Below the pieces are notes generated by a model, which did no database searches, was not told where the DNA came from, and saw nothing but the letters and a program-made list of their open reading frames with translations. Positions 53,257 through 64,000 of a stretch of DNA of 64,000 nt are shown in pieces; within the stretch, counting starts at the first letter, position 1; the number at the start of each line of letters is the position of its first letter. This stretch comes from Podarcis bocagei (Eukaryota), in the NCBI GenBank assembly GCA_964188305.1, contig OZ076895.1; one strand, given 5' to 3'. The position numbers and the translations under genes are program-made.

Positions 53257-56007
53257 TATAGCCATGAACAATAACAAACTGAGCGGTCTCCTGAGCATGT
53301 TGCTATTTCTCAGTGGCCCTGTTTGGCTATATATCTGTCAGCACTCACTGCCTGAGTTTGCTGTTGGTGATACTTACAGCTGCTCAGTTCAGTGCACTTG
53401 AGGTAGATAGGCATTATCTTTGCAAGACAGTATACTTACAAATCATTTGAAAAATAATGGATTTTATTAGAATGCTACCCTTAACTAGCCTAATGGGGCT
53501 TGTCAAATCATGGCCTAAGATTTAAAGTATTCCAGTAGAAACTCAGATGTGCTCCAGATATAAAGGACTGATTGCAATATTTAGATATATTAGCAGCTTA
53601 TGGGAATGCTGAAATGTGGTCTTTTCTTTGGAATGTGTTTTTTTCTTTTGGAAACTTTCTTCCCTAATCAACTTGATATCATGCAACTCATTATTATAAT
53701 ACATGAGTGTGTTAATAGTAAGAATGTTATGTTCTGTCTAATGCTACACTGCAGTTTTGTATAACTGTAATAAAATGTCTTATAAAAAGCAGTTCTAGTG
53801 TAAAGGACATTACTGGAGAGCCCAACTCAAATTCCTCCAGGGGCCACTTTCGTTTATTAACCGAGCACGACTGCATGGCAGCTGCATTAACTACTGAAAA
53901 GCATTTTTTGCTACAGTTGTAACTGTGTTCAGTGCATTCTGCTAATCCCTTCTTGGCTTTGCTCCCATAGTACTGTTTCTTCTTTCTCTGACCTCTGTTA
54001 AACAAACATCCCTCCTTCTCTTTGTGCCCCATAGTACATGCTGTGTCTTCACCACTACAAGTGTGCAGTCTATCTGTTTCCCCACTTGCAAGTGTCTGCA
54101 TAACATGTTACCAACTCATTTTTCTTCTTTCTGTACCTCTGCAGTTCAGAACCCATCTGTTCATTCCTTTTCTTTCAGCATTTGCTCCATGTCTTCCGAT
54201 TCATCTCACCCCTTATGTCTGATCTCTTGTGATTGTGCAACAGTGCACAATACTTTCACTCCCCTCAGCATATGAATTGCTGGGAAATCTGGAACAGGTG
54301 GACAAGGCAGCCTGGCTTGCTGGCTAGATCACTAGAACAAAACTCTGAATCCAGGAAGGGAGGAATAATACAGGCCTAATTACTTACCTAATAAGTAATT
54401 TTGTTGTCCCCGAGAGGGGGCAGTGACAATAAAGATATTATTATTATTATTATTAGATTTACTCCCATCTTACTTCCAGCTTAGATAGGCCTTGACTATT
54501 TCTACAAATGTGGAGAAAGGTGTTTATACAATGGATTTTATTTTATTTTGAGAGAGAGATCCTTTCAGAAGGTACATCTCCAAGAATCTCAAACATTCCT
54601 TTCAGCTGCCCCATCTCACATTTAATACCCCCACCCCTCCAAAAAAGACCCCATAGAGAATGGGAAAGTAGTTAAAGGAGAAATTGGTAGACAGGTGCAA
54701 TGGCAGCTCTCATCTTTTCCTGCACCTTATCCAAAGTTTTGGGCTACTTAAGGGTGCCCCACTATAATGCTGGCAAGGAAGGATCAAGTGCATGTGCCTT
54801 TGGTTCTTGGCCACATTCTTAAAATATTGTGGTCAGAAACCAGAAATGGCTACACTAACCTTTCATTCCGAAATGTGTGTTTAGTGGTTCTCCTGCAAGA
54901 AGAAAGTACAGTACAGCACTATATTTTACATTAAGTGTGGAGAACCTTTGGCCCTCCAGATGTAGCTGAAATAATAATAATAATAATAATTTCATTTCTA
55001 TAGTGCTTTATAGTTTTAAGAAAAAACTCTTAAAGATATTTACAGCACAATAACATATTAAACAAAACAATCTAGAATAAAACATAAGCAACACAATTAA
55101 CAGGAAACTAACATCATAGATTTGTAGAGTTGGAAGGGATCTTGAGGATGATCTTGTCCAACCCCCTGTGATGCAGGAATATTCAGCTGTCCCAAAGATG
55201 CATGAGTTTTAGTGTTGCACATCACATTGTTTGTAACTTTGTTGTTCAGTAGATTGTGCAACAGCATTCTGTTGGTGCAAAGCATTTCACCAGTGGAGTT
55301 AAAGTCACTTTAACTTAGTGTTACATTGGATGCATCCCAGTGCATGTATGTGTGCATGTTAACTTGGTAGGCATGCATCTTATATAAGCACAAATGTAGC
55401 CCACATGTGGATTGCACAAATCCTGCTCACCTGCCAGCTTATTTTTCTGCAGCCTGCCCCCATGTGACTTTCCTTCAGCTAGATTTGCATAGGAGGAGCT
55501 TGGCGGGGGGAGAAATAGTTGCAGGGGGCTTTCAGAATGTAAAGGGTAACTGTTCTGGGTTTACTTGTGCACTCTTTTACTCCTAAAATTGCACACACAC
55601 CCATTCCCGAAAGATTGTTAGGCTAAAATGGGAGTAATCCTATGTATGCTGCCCTGAGAATGTAGTTGAAAGGTGGCTATGAAAGGGGGATATAACTGCA
55701 ATAGCGCCAGTTTTTAGGCATTTACCAGTGATCTTGCACATCAGCTGTATATTGGCTAGCCAGTAGCTGGCTGTTGGTAGGCACAAAATTTTCTAATGGC
55801 TATAGTCTTACTTAATGGTTTTTATTGGCTTAGCGTTTCTTGGGTATTATAAAACCCTTTACTTTATTTTTTCTGAATATCCTTTATTGATCAAAGGTGT
55901 GTTTCTGCTATAGGAAATTAATGGAAGTATTGTAACAAGTTTCTCGCTAACTTGTAGCAGAAGTCTGTCTGGAACTTTTCAAGAATATGAATGCTTTCAC
56001 ATTTCAG

Positions 56008-56151
56008 GTACTCATGTAATGGAAGGTTCTGGACGAATGGTAGTTACTGCTGTAGGTGTAAACTCACAAACTGGAATTATCTTCACCTTGCTTGGTGCTG
56101 GAGGTGATGAAGAAGAAGAAAAGAAAGAAAAAGAGAAAAAGGACAAGAAAA
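56008..56151 (+). CDS. ATP2B1: ATP2B1 exon 6 ([47 protein letters not shown])
   Basis: tttcag acceptor and gtaagc donor; 144 nt, in frame. Confidence 0.96.
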
Positions 56152-57132
56152 GTAAGCATGAAGTTTTGGACGGACTTTAGAGATACATTTTGTAGTTGGC
56201 TTCTCTTCTGTAAGAATGTTTGCAAGTGGTGTTGACCATGCAGAATGACAACGTAGGCAGGTACAAAATAACTACATAGAACTCCTGCTTCCACTTATTC
56301 CATTGTCCAAGCGGGTAAGTTTGAAAATTAAATAGTCAATTTTGTCTCTGAAGTCTTTCAAGTTAACATTCCCAACTTGCTTCAGCTGACACTTCATTAC
56401 TCACTTAATACAATCACTCAAGTGCTCTTAACAGTATCACAAAAATAGGATGTGTTAAGTGAGGCCTGTCTGATATTAGTAAACTCCATAGATTATAGAG
56501 TGTTCCCTCTTTTATACTAATGGGAAAAATATGAATGGTGTTTTTTGTTTTTTTATATTTGAAGAAAGGCCATATCATTTGTTGTGTCCCTTTTGAAGTT
56601 AACCCTCTCCTCTAGCCCCTGATATTTTTTTATTCTTTATTTTGCAATACCTATACAGATAGGTATAATACCACAGCTGCCATGGAGACATTCAGATATT
56701 GTTTAAAATTATACTGCTTCACCTGGAAACTGATATTCTCCTCTTTGGTTTGTATTGCACCTCATAGATGACCTGGCTCTAGCTCAGAAAAAGATTTTTT
56801 TTTTAGTGTGAACCTAATCAACACTGAGAAATCTCTCCACATTTGCTTGAATTAATGTCAAACTCACCTTTACTAATCTTGATATGTCAGGACTTGCATT
56901 AATAGCAATACTATAATGCGAGGAGGTTTAGGGCTGTATGCACTCCATGCTTGTACTGGGTAAGCCAGTAAAAGGAGTAGCAGAAGCATTCTTCTAATTT
57001 CATTTGAACTATAGCTATAAAAGAATCTCATTTGTTATAATCATCCCCCACTTCCCCTGTTTCTCATGAATAGAATAACAACTCCTTGAGGTTGGGGGTA
57101 GAGGAAGATTTCAACTTTTGAGCTTATAACTA

Positions 57133-57966
57133 CAGTGGTACCTTGGTTCTCGGACTTAATCGGTTCTAGAAGTCTGTTCCAAAACCAAAGCATTCCAAAA
57201 CCAATGTGCACTTTCCCATAGAAAGTAATGCAAAATGGATTAATCCGTTCCGACTTTTAAAAACAACCCCTAAAACAGAAATTTAACATGAATGTGACTA
57301 TCTAACAAGACCACTGAGCGATAAAATGAAAGCAAAAATAATGTTCTGTACTATAAAATAAATAAGACAGTATTGTAGATGATAAAAATTAAAATTATTT
57401 TTTTTCTTACCTGCACTGATGATAATCATTGTTTGGATGGGGGGCTTTTATACACTTCCGCAGTCACACAATCAATCAATCATAAAATGAAAAACAAGCC
57501 ACAGTCACAAAAATGAAAAAGCCATACAAACAAAAACGCAAAAAATAGCAAAACAAAACAAAAAGCACCAAATATCACCTCAGAACACTGCAATCAGAAA
57601 CGGGAGGCTTTAATTACAATGAGGGGGAGGACTTAAATTAGTTGCGTAAGGGTAAAACAGGATAAAAAACCATTATTATGATGGGGGGCTTAAATTTGTT
57701 GTACAAGGGTAAAATGGGATGAAAAATGCCTTTATTACGATTGGGGGGGACTTAAATTTGCCCCGCAAGGGTAAAACAGAATGAAAAAATCCTTAATTAC
57801 TATGTGGGGGACTCCAATGAGCTGCACAACAGTGAAAACGGAAGCTTAGGAGCACGTTCGGCTTCCGAGGCAAAGTTTGAAAACCAGAACACTTACTTCT
57901 GGGTTTGTAGCGTTCGGGTTCTGAGTTGTTCGGGAACTAAGCTGTTCGAAAACCGAGGTACCACTG
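57133..57966. mobile_element. Tc1/mariner-pogo-type non-autonomous element with an internal ~60-bp degenerate repeat
   Basis: TA-CAGTGGTACCTTGGTT ... AACCGAGGTACCACTG-TA. Confidence 0.82.
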
Positions 57967-57970
57967 TATA

Positions 57971-60900
57971 CAGTGGTACCCCGCAAGACGAATGCCTCGC
58001 AAGACGGAAAACCCGCAAGACGAAAGGGTTTTCTGTTTTGGAGGCGCTTCGCAAGACGAATTTCCCTATGGGCTTGCATCGCAAGACGAAAGACCATAGG
58101 GAAATGCTGGCGGTCGGGAGCAAAGACTTTCGCCCACAGCCGGCCTTCAGAAGAGGACCTCTTCTGAAGGCCGGCGGGGGGCAAAAGTCTTTGCTCCCCC
58201 CCGCCTGCCTTCCCCCCCCCCCCCGCCTGCCCCGGGCGATCTTAAAATGCTGGCGGGCGGGAGCGAAGCGTTCGCTGCCGACCCCCAGCATTTTAAAATC
58301 TCCAAGGGACAGCAGAGAAGTCTCTGTCCCGGGGAGATTTTAAAATGCTGGGGGTCGGGAGCGAAGCGCTGCCGACCCCCAGCATTTTAAAATCTCCCCG
58401 TGTCCCGGGAAGGTTTTAAAATGCTGGGGGTCGGCAGCGCTTCGCTCCCGACCCCCAGCATTTTAAAACGCTGTTCCTGCCCCAGCCGCCCCACTTCAGA
58501 ACGTTGTTCCGAAGCGGGGAGGGGGGGCGGGGACACCTGCCCCAGCCGCCCCACTTCAGAACGTTGTTCCGAAGTGGGGAGGGGGGGCGGGGACACCTGC
58601 CCCAGCCGCCCCACTTCGGAAAGCTGTTCCGAAGAAGGGCGGGGGGGCGCGGACACCTGCCCCAGCCGCCCCACTTCGGAAAGCTGTTCCGAAGCGGGGA
58701 GGGGGGGCGGGGACACCTGCCCCAGCCGCCCCACTTCGGAAAGCTGTTCCGAAGCGGGGAGGGGGGGCGGGGACACCGGCCCCAGCCGCCCCACTTCGGA
58801 AAGCTGTTCCGAAGCGGGGAGGGGGGGCGGGGACACCTGCCCCAGCCGCCCCACTTCGGAAAGCTGTTCCGAAGCGGGGAGGGGGGGCGGGGACACCTGC
58901 CCCAGCCGCCCCACTTCGGAAAGCTGTTCCGAAGCGGGGAGGGGGGGCGGGGACACCTGCCCCAGCCGCCCCACTTCGGAAAGCTGTTCCGAAGCGGGGA
59001 GGGGGGGCGGGGACACCTGCCCCAGCCGCCCCACTTCGGAAAGCTGTTCCGAAGCGGGGAGGGGGGGCGGGGACACCTGCCCCAGCCGCCCCACTTCGGA
59101 AAGCTGTTCCGAAGCGGGGAGGGGGGGCGGGGACACCTGCCCCAGCCTCCCCACTTCGGAAAGCTGTTCCGAAGCGGGGAGGGGGGGCGGGGACACCTGC
59201 CCCAGCCTCCCCACTTCAGAACGTTGTTCCGAAGTGGGGAGGGGGGGCGGGGACACCTGCCCCAGCCTCTCCCCACTTCGGAAAGCTGTTCCGAAGAGGG
59301 GCGGGGGGCGGGGACACCTGCCCCAGCCCCCCCACTTCGGAAAGCTGTTCCGAAGCGGGGAGGGGGGGCGGGGACACCTGCCCCAGCCGCCCCACTTCGG
59401 AAAGCTGTTCCGAAGCGGGGAGGGGGGGCGCGGACACCTGCCCCAGCCGCCCCACTTCTGAACGTTGTTCTGAAGTGGGGAGGGGGGCGGGGACACCTGC
59501 CCCAGCCGCCCCACTTCGGAAAGCTGTTCCGAAGCGGGGAGGGGGGCGGGGACACCTGCCCCAGCCGCCCCACTTCGGAACGTTGTTCCGAAGCGGGGAG
59601 GGGGGGCGGGGACACCTGCCCCAGCCGCCCCACTTCAGAATGTTGTTCCGAAGCGGGGAGGGGGGGCGGGGACACCTGCCCCAGCCGCCCCACTTCAGAA
59701 CGTTGTTCCGAAGCGGGGAGGGGGGGCGGGGACACCTGCCCCAGCCGCCCCACTTCGGAAAGCTGTTCCGAAGTGGGGAGGGGGGGCAGGGACACCTTCT
59801 GAAGGCTGGCAGGGGGCGAAAGTCTTTGTCCCCCCTGCCTGCCTTCCCAGGGGCTTTTAAATCGCCCCGGACAGAAGTCCTCCGCTGTCCGGGGCGATTT
59901 TAAAATGCCGCCCGCCAGCATTTTAAGAAAGCTGTTCCGAAGCGGGGAGGGGGGGTGGGGACACCTGCCCCAGCCGCCCCACTTCAGAACGTTGTTCCGA
60001 AGCGGGGAGGGGGGGCGGGGACACCTGCCCCAGCCGCCCCACTTCAGAACGTTGTTCCGAAGTGGGGAGGGGGGGCGGGGACACCTGCCCCAGCCGCCCC
60101 ACTTCGGAAAGCTGTTCCGAAGAAGGGCGGGGGGGCGGGGACACCTGCCCCAGCCGCCCCACTTCGGAAAGCTGTTCCGAAGCGGGGAGGGGGGGCGGGG
60201 ACACCTGCCCCAGCCGCCCCACTTCGGAAAGCTGTTCCGAAGCGGGGAGGGGGGCGGGGACACCGGCCCCAGCCGCCCCACTTCGGAAAGCTGTTCCGAA
60301 GCGGGGAGGGGGGGCGGGGACACCTGCCCCAGCCGCCCCACTTCGGAAAGCTGTTCCGAAGCGGGGAGGGGGGGCGGGGACACCTGCCCCAGCCGCCCCA
60401 CTTCGGAAAGCTGTTCCGAAGCGGGGAGGGGGGGCGGGGACACCTGCCCCAGCCGCCCCACTTCGGAAAGCTGTTCCGAAGCGGGGAGGGGGGGCGGGGA
60501 CACCTGCCCCAGCCGCCCCACTTCGGAAAGCTGTTCCGAAGCGGGGAGGGGGGGCGGGGACACCCGCCCCAGCCTCCCCACTTCAGAACGTTGTTCCGAA
60601 GTGGGGAGGGGGGGCGGGGACACCTGCCCCAGCCGCCCCACTTCGGAAAGCTGTTCCGAAGAGGGGCGGGGGCGGGGACACCTGCCCCAGCCCCCCCACT
60701 TCGGAAAGCTGTTCCGAAGCGGGGAGGGGGGGCGGGGACACCTGCCCCAGCCGCCCCACTTCGGAAAGCTGTTCCGAAGCGGGGAGGGGGGGCGGGGACA
60801 CCTGCCCCAGCCGCCCCACTTCTGAACGTTGTTCCGAAGTGGGGAGGGGGGCGGGGACACCTGCCCCAGCCGCCCCACTTCGGGAAGCTGTTCCGAAGCG

Positions 60901-61748
60901 GGGAGGGGGGCGGGGACACCCGCCCCAGCCGCCCCACTTCAGAACGTTGTTCTGAAGCGGGGAGGGGGGGCGGGGACACCTGCCCCAGCCGCCCCACTTC
61001 AGAATGTTGTTCCGAAGCGGGGAGGGGGGGCGGGGACACCTGCCCCAGCCGCCCCACTTCAGAACGTTGTTCCGAAGCGGGGAGGGGGGGCGGGGACACC
61101 TGCCCCAGCCGCCCCACTTCGGAAAGCTGTTCCGAAGTGGGGAGGGGGGGCAGGGACACCTGCCCCAGCCGCCCCACTTCGGAAAGCTGTTCCGAAGCGG
61201 GGAGGGGGGGTGGGGACACCTGCCCCAGCCGCCCCACTTCGGAAAGCTGTTCCGAAGCGGGGAGGGGGGGCGGGGACACCTGCCCCAGCCGCCCCACTTC
61301 GGAAAGCTGTTCCGAAGCGGGGCGGGGGGCGGGAACACCTTCTGAAGGCTGGCAGGGGGCGAAAGTCTTTGTCCCCCCTGCCTGCCTTCCCAGGGGCTTT
61401 TAAATCGCCCCGGACAGCGGAGAAGTCCTCCGCTGTCCGGGGCGATTTTAAAATGCCGCCCGCCAGCATTTTAAGATTGCCCCGGACAGCGGAGAAGTCC
61501 TCCGCTGTCCCGGGGTTTTTTAAAATGCTGGGGGTGGGAAGAAAAGCCCTTGTGTCCCCCCCCCCCCAGCCTTCAGAAGAGGTCGGGGGACAGACTGTCC
61601 CCGGACCTGGTCTGAAGTCGGTTTCCCTAGGAACGCATTAATTGATTTTCAATGCATTCCTATGGGAAACCGTGCATCGCAAGACGAAAAAACCGCAAGA
61701 CGAAGAGACTTGCGGAACGAATTAATTTCGTCTTGCGAGGCACCACTG
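57971..61748. mobile_element. CGCAAGACGAA-family MITE expanded to 3.8 kb by an internal minisatellite
   Basis: TA-CAGTGGTACCCCGCAAGACGAA ... TTCGTCTTGCGAGGCACCACTG-TA; subterminal sequence shared with the 1128 and 53027 copies. Confidence 0.9.
58476..61340. repeat. 60-bp GC-rich minisatellite (~45 units in two blocks)
   Basis: Unit cctgccccagccgccccacttcggaaagctgttccgaagcggggagggggggcggggaca; interrupted at ~59798-59926. Confidence 0.97.
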
Positions 61749-62584
61749 TATATATGTATTGTAAGCTTACATATGAAACTAATCACCTTCCAGCTCCTGT
61801 CACAATGTTCAGAGGCATAAAGTTCCCCCAAAGCATGGCACCTCTGAACAGTTGAACACTGTTACATTTAAAGAATTGCAGGCTTATTCTAAGTGAAATT
61901 AAACCTGAACATTCCAACTGTCTTCTGAAACACATTGGGATCTGCACCTTAGTATCAAGCAAGACATTATTCTAAATGTGTCATTAGCAATTACGTCAAG
62001 TTTTTAATATTTAATACTAGGCACAGGGAGAGCTGAACTTCATGGGGAACATTGCAGGAGATTTAACCCTTTCTTTCACAGCCACAGTTGAAATGAAAAT
62101 TGCCCCTGCCACCAGTAATGTCAATGGGACATTACTTTTTTCTTTTTTTCTTTTTTTGCTTTTTTTCCTAAGGTGAATGGGGTGTGAGGAAGGATCTTTA
62201 TTGATATAATGACTGGGGAGGGAAGGGTTAAGTCACAGTTCCCTGCATGCTGTGATCCTGGTGGCTATCAGCCCCTTTCCCAACCCTGTCATTTAAAAGA
62301 ACCTACCTGATTTAGTTGCTAATACATTTAGTATGGTTTTAGATTGGTATGCATCCCTGAAGTCCAGAAAACTACTCAATTACTGTGAAAGAGCCTTGTC
62401 CAGCGCAGCAATAAACACTTAGCAGACTTCGCAATTATAAGAGAAATTATAAACAGTCTCCTCTTCATGCTGTTGGTGCAGCAATGCCCTTTAAGACTAG
62501 ATAATTGAGCAGAAGGTCTCATTATCCAAATCTAAAAGTGCTTTGATCTTAGATTTCTAAAAACAACTATTTTTTTATTGGCAG

Positions 62585-62623
62585 GTAAAAAACAAGATGG
62601 GGCTATTGAAAATCGTAACAAAG
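62585..62623 (+). CDS. ATP2B1: ATP2B1 39-nt splice-site-A microexon (SKKQDGAIENRNK)
   Basis: ggcag acceptor and AAG|gtaatt donor; 39 nt, frame-preserving. KKQDGAIENRNK is the PMCA1 'x' insert. Confidence 0.93.
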
Positions 62624-64000
62624 GTAATTAACAGTACTTACAACATTAACTTGATTTTTTTGAGCAAGCCGGATTAACCATAACTTTTAGGCAAAAGTTG
62701 TGCACCACATTTTAAAACTATACATAGCTTAATCTTGCATCTAATATATGTAACTTGTCCTCACAATCTTATGCTAGGATATATGGAACTGATGGGATTC
62801 AGCAAATGCACCCTGTCAGTGGAAATGCTGTGTAAGGACTTCCACTTGCACAATGGAACCTTCTCCCCTTTCTGCTGTCTGTACCCAAAAAAAAAATTGG
62901 CTGGGGGGTGTGGCTCAGGAGAACCTTTAGAACAGCATGTGAGGGGAAGGGAGGAACAATTGTTCCTTATGGCAAGCTGCTTGTTAAAGCACAACATTGA
63001 ATTCCTCCCATATTATTAAATATGTTTAAGAGATTGAAAAGGGACCACAGGCTCATGTGCTCCTTTCCCCAACACAGAGCTTAAACTGCAGTTAAGAATT
63101 CGATCAGTGCCAATATTCACCAAAGTTAAAGCTAAGCTGGATTTTTGCTTAATACGGAGTTCTAGCTAGGGTTCCAAGTGGCTCACTCTCAGATGCGGCG
63201 GAGTGAAGGATGTAATTCTGAGGTCTCCTCTCAATCTGACCATGGTTTTATAGCAAGTCCAAGCCAGTTGATAGTCTGAAAAGTCAGTATTCTATTGCCG
63301 TGTTCTGTGAGGGTATAGTACTGTTCTTATAAAATGCAGGATTGTGTCTGAAAATGGCAGCCCACTGTCACTTTCCCTTAGTGTACTTTCCCCGTCTCTG
63401 CTTGTGATGTCCAGTCAGTGAACATTTCAGCAACAGACCCATGTTTAATATCACAAGGCATTGTGCTGTAATAAATCTATTTCTCAAAGCAATTTCTTTC
63501 ATTCTCTGTGGCCTGAGATGCAAATAACTGTATCCAGGGGGCTACAGATCTTTGTTTGCCATGGACCCCTCTCTCATGCACCCCAACCCTGTGGAGTACT
63601 CAGGTAAGAAGGGCAATGAATAGTGCCCTTCGTCATTGTGTTGGACATGTGCAGAATGCTGTTTGTCTTTGTCTCAGCAGGAATAAAGAGAACTCCACTA
63701 AACACCCCTTGAGTTCTCTGAACTGGAGAAAAACTTGGGGGAAAGGATGCATGTATGCCTTACCCCTGCATTTGACAAGTGCCTAAAGCTAAGCAAACAC
63801 CATTCCTTTTCCTAGAGTTTTCTGTAGTTTGCAGAATTTGGGTAATAGGATTTTTGTTGGAGGCATGCAAAACAGGCAAACATGGAGTAGGGAGTCGCTT
63901 GGTCACATAAGCCAGTCTTGCTATCTATTCTTCACCCCTTTAATTTCAGAATATTAAATACATGCTGCTCTAGATATAGAATAAATGTCAATGACTAAAT

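Noticed and set aside
58476-61340. CRISPR-like palindromic repeat array
   Set aside because: No unique spacers (units are contiguous), no cas genes, and the context is eukaryotic.
58387-61641. Very long ORFs (up to 820 aa) on both strands
   Set aside because: They are translations of a stop-free 60-bp (20-codon) tandem repeat, open in many frames and lying inside a MITE within an intron.

Overview
Vertebrate genomic DNA, most likely a squamate (lacertid-like lizard, judged from Sauria SINEs and the repeat repertoire). The window holds the 5' part of ATP2B1 (plasma-membrane Ca2+-ATPase 1, PMCA1) on the + strand. There is a CpG-island promoter with a non-coding exon 1 (~10.4-12.9 kb), a ~28 kb first intron, and six coding exons (ATG at 40199; 205+198+255+126+144+39 nt, about 322 codons) ending with the 39-nt splice-site-A microexon. 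The gene continues past the window. Introns and flanks are filled with Sauria SINEs, L2/CR1/RTE LINE fragments, TA-TSD Tc1/mariner-pogo-type MITEs and 8-bp-TSD hAT MITEs. Two things stand out. First, one MITE family occurs in three sizes with the same termini (230 bp, 535 bp, 3.8 kb); the largest carries about 45 hairpin-forming 60-bp repeats arranged as a higher-order duplication. Second, a 1.23-kb hAT-type element with a perfect 8-bp TSD appears to have captured a CpG-island promoter/first-exon-like fragment of another locus. The long ORFs in the track over the CpG island and the minisatellite are artefacts. All family names come from motif recognition, not database searches.
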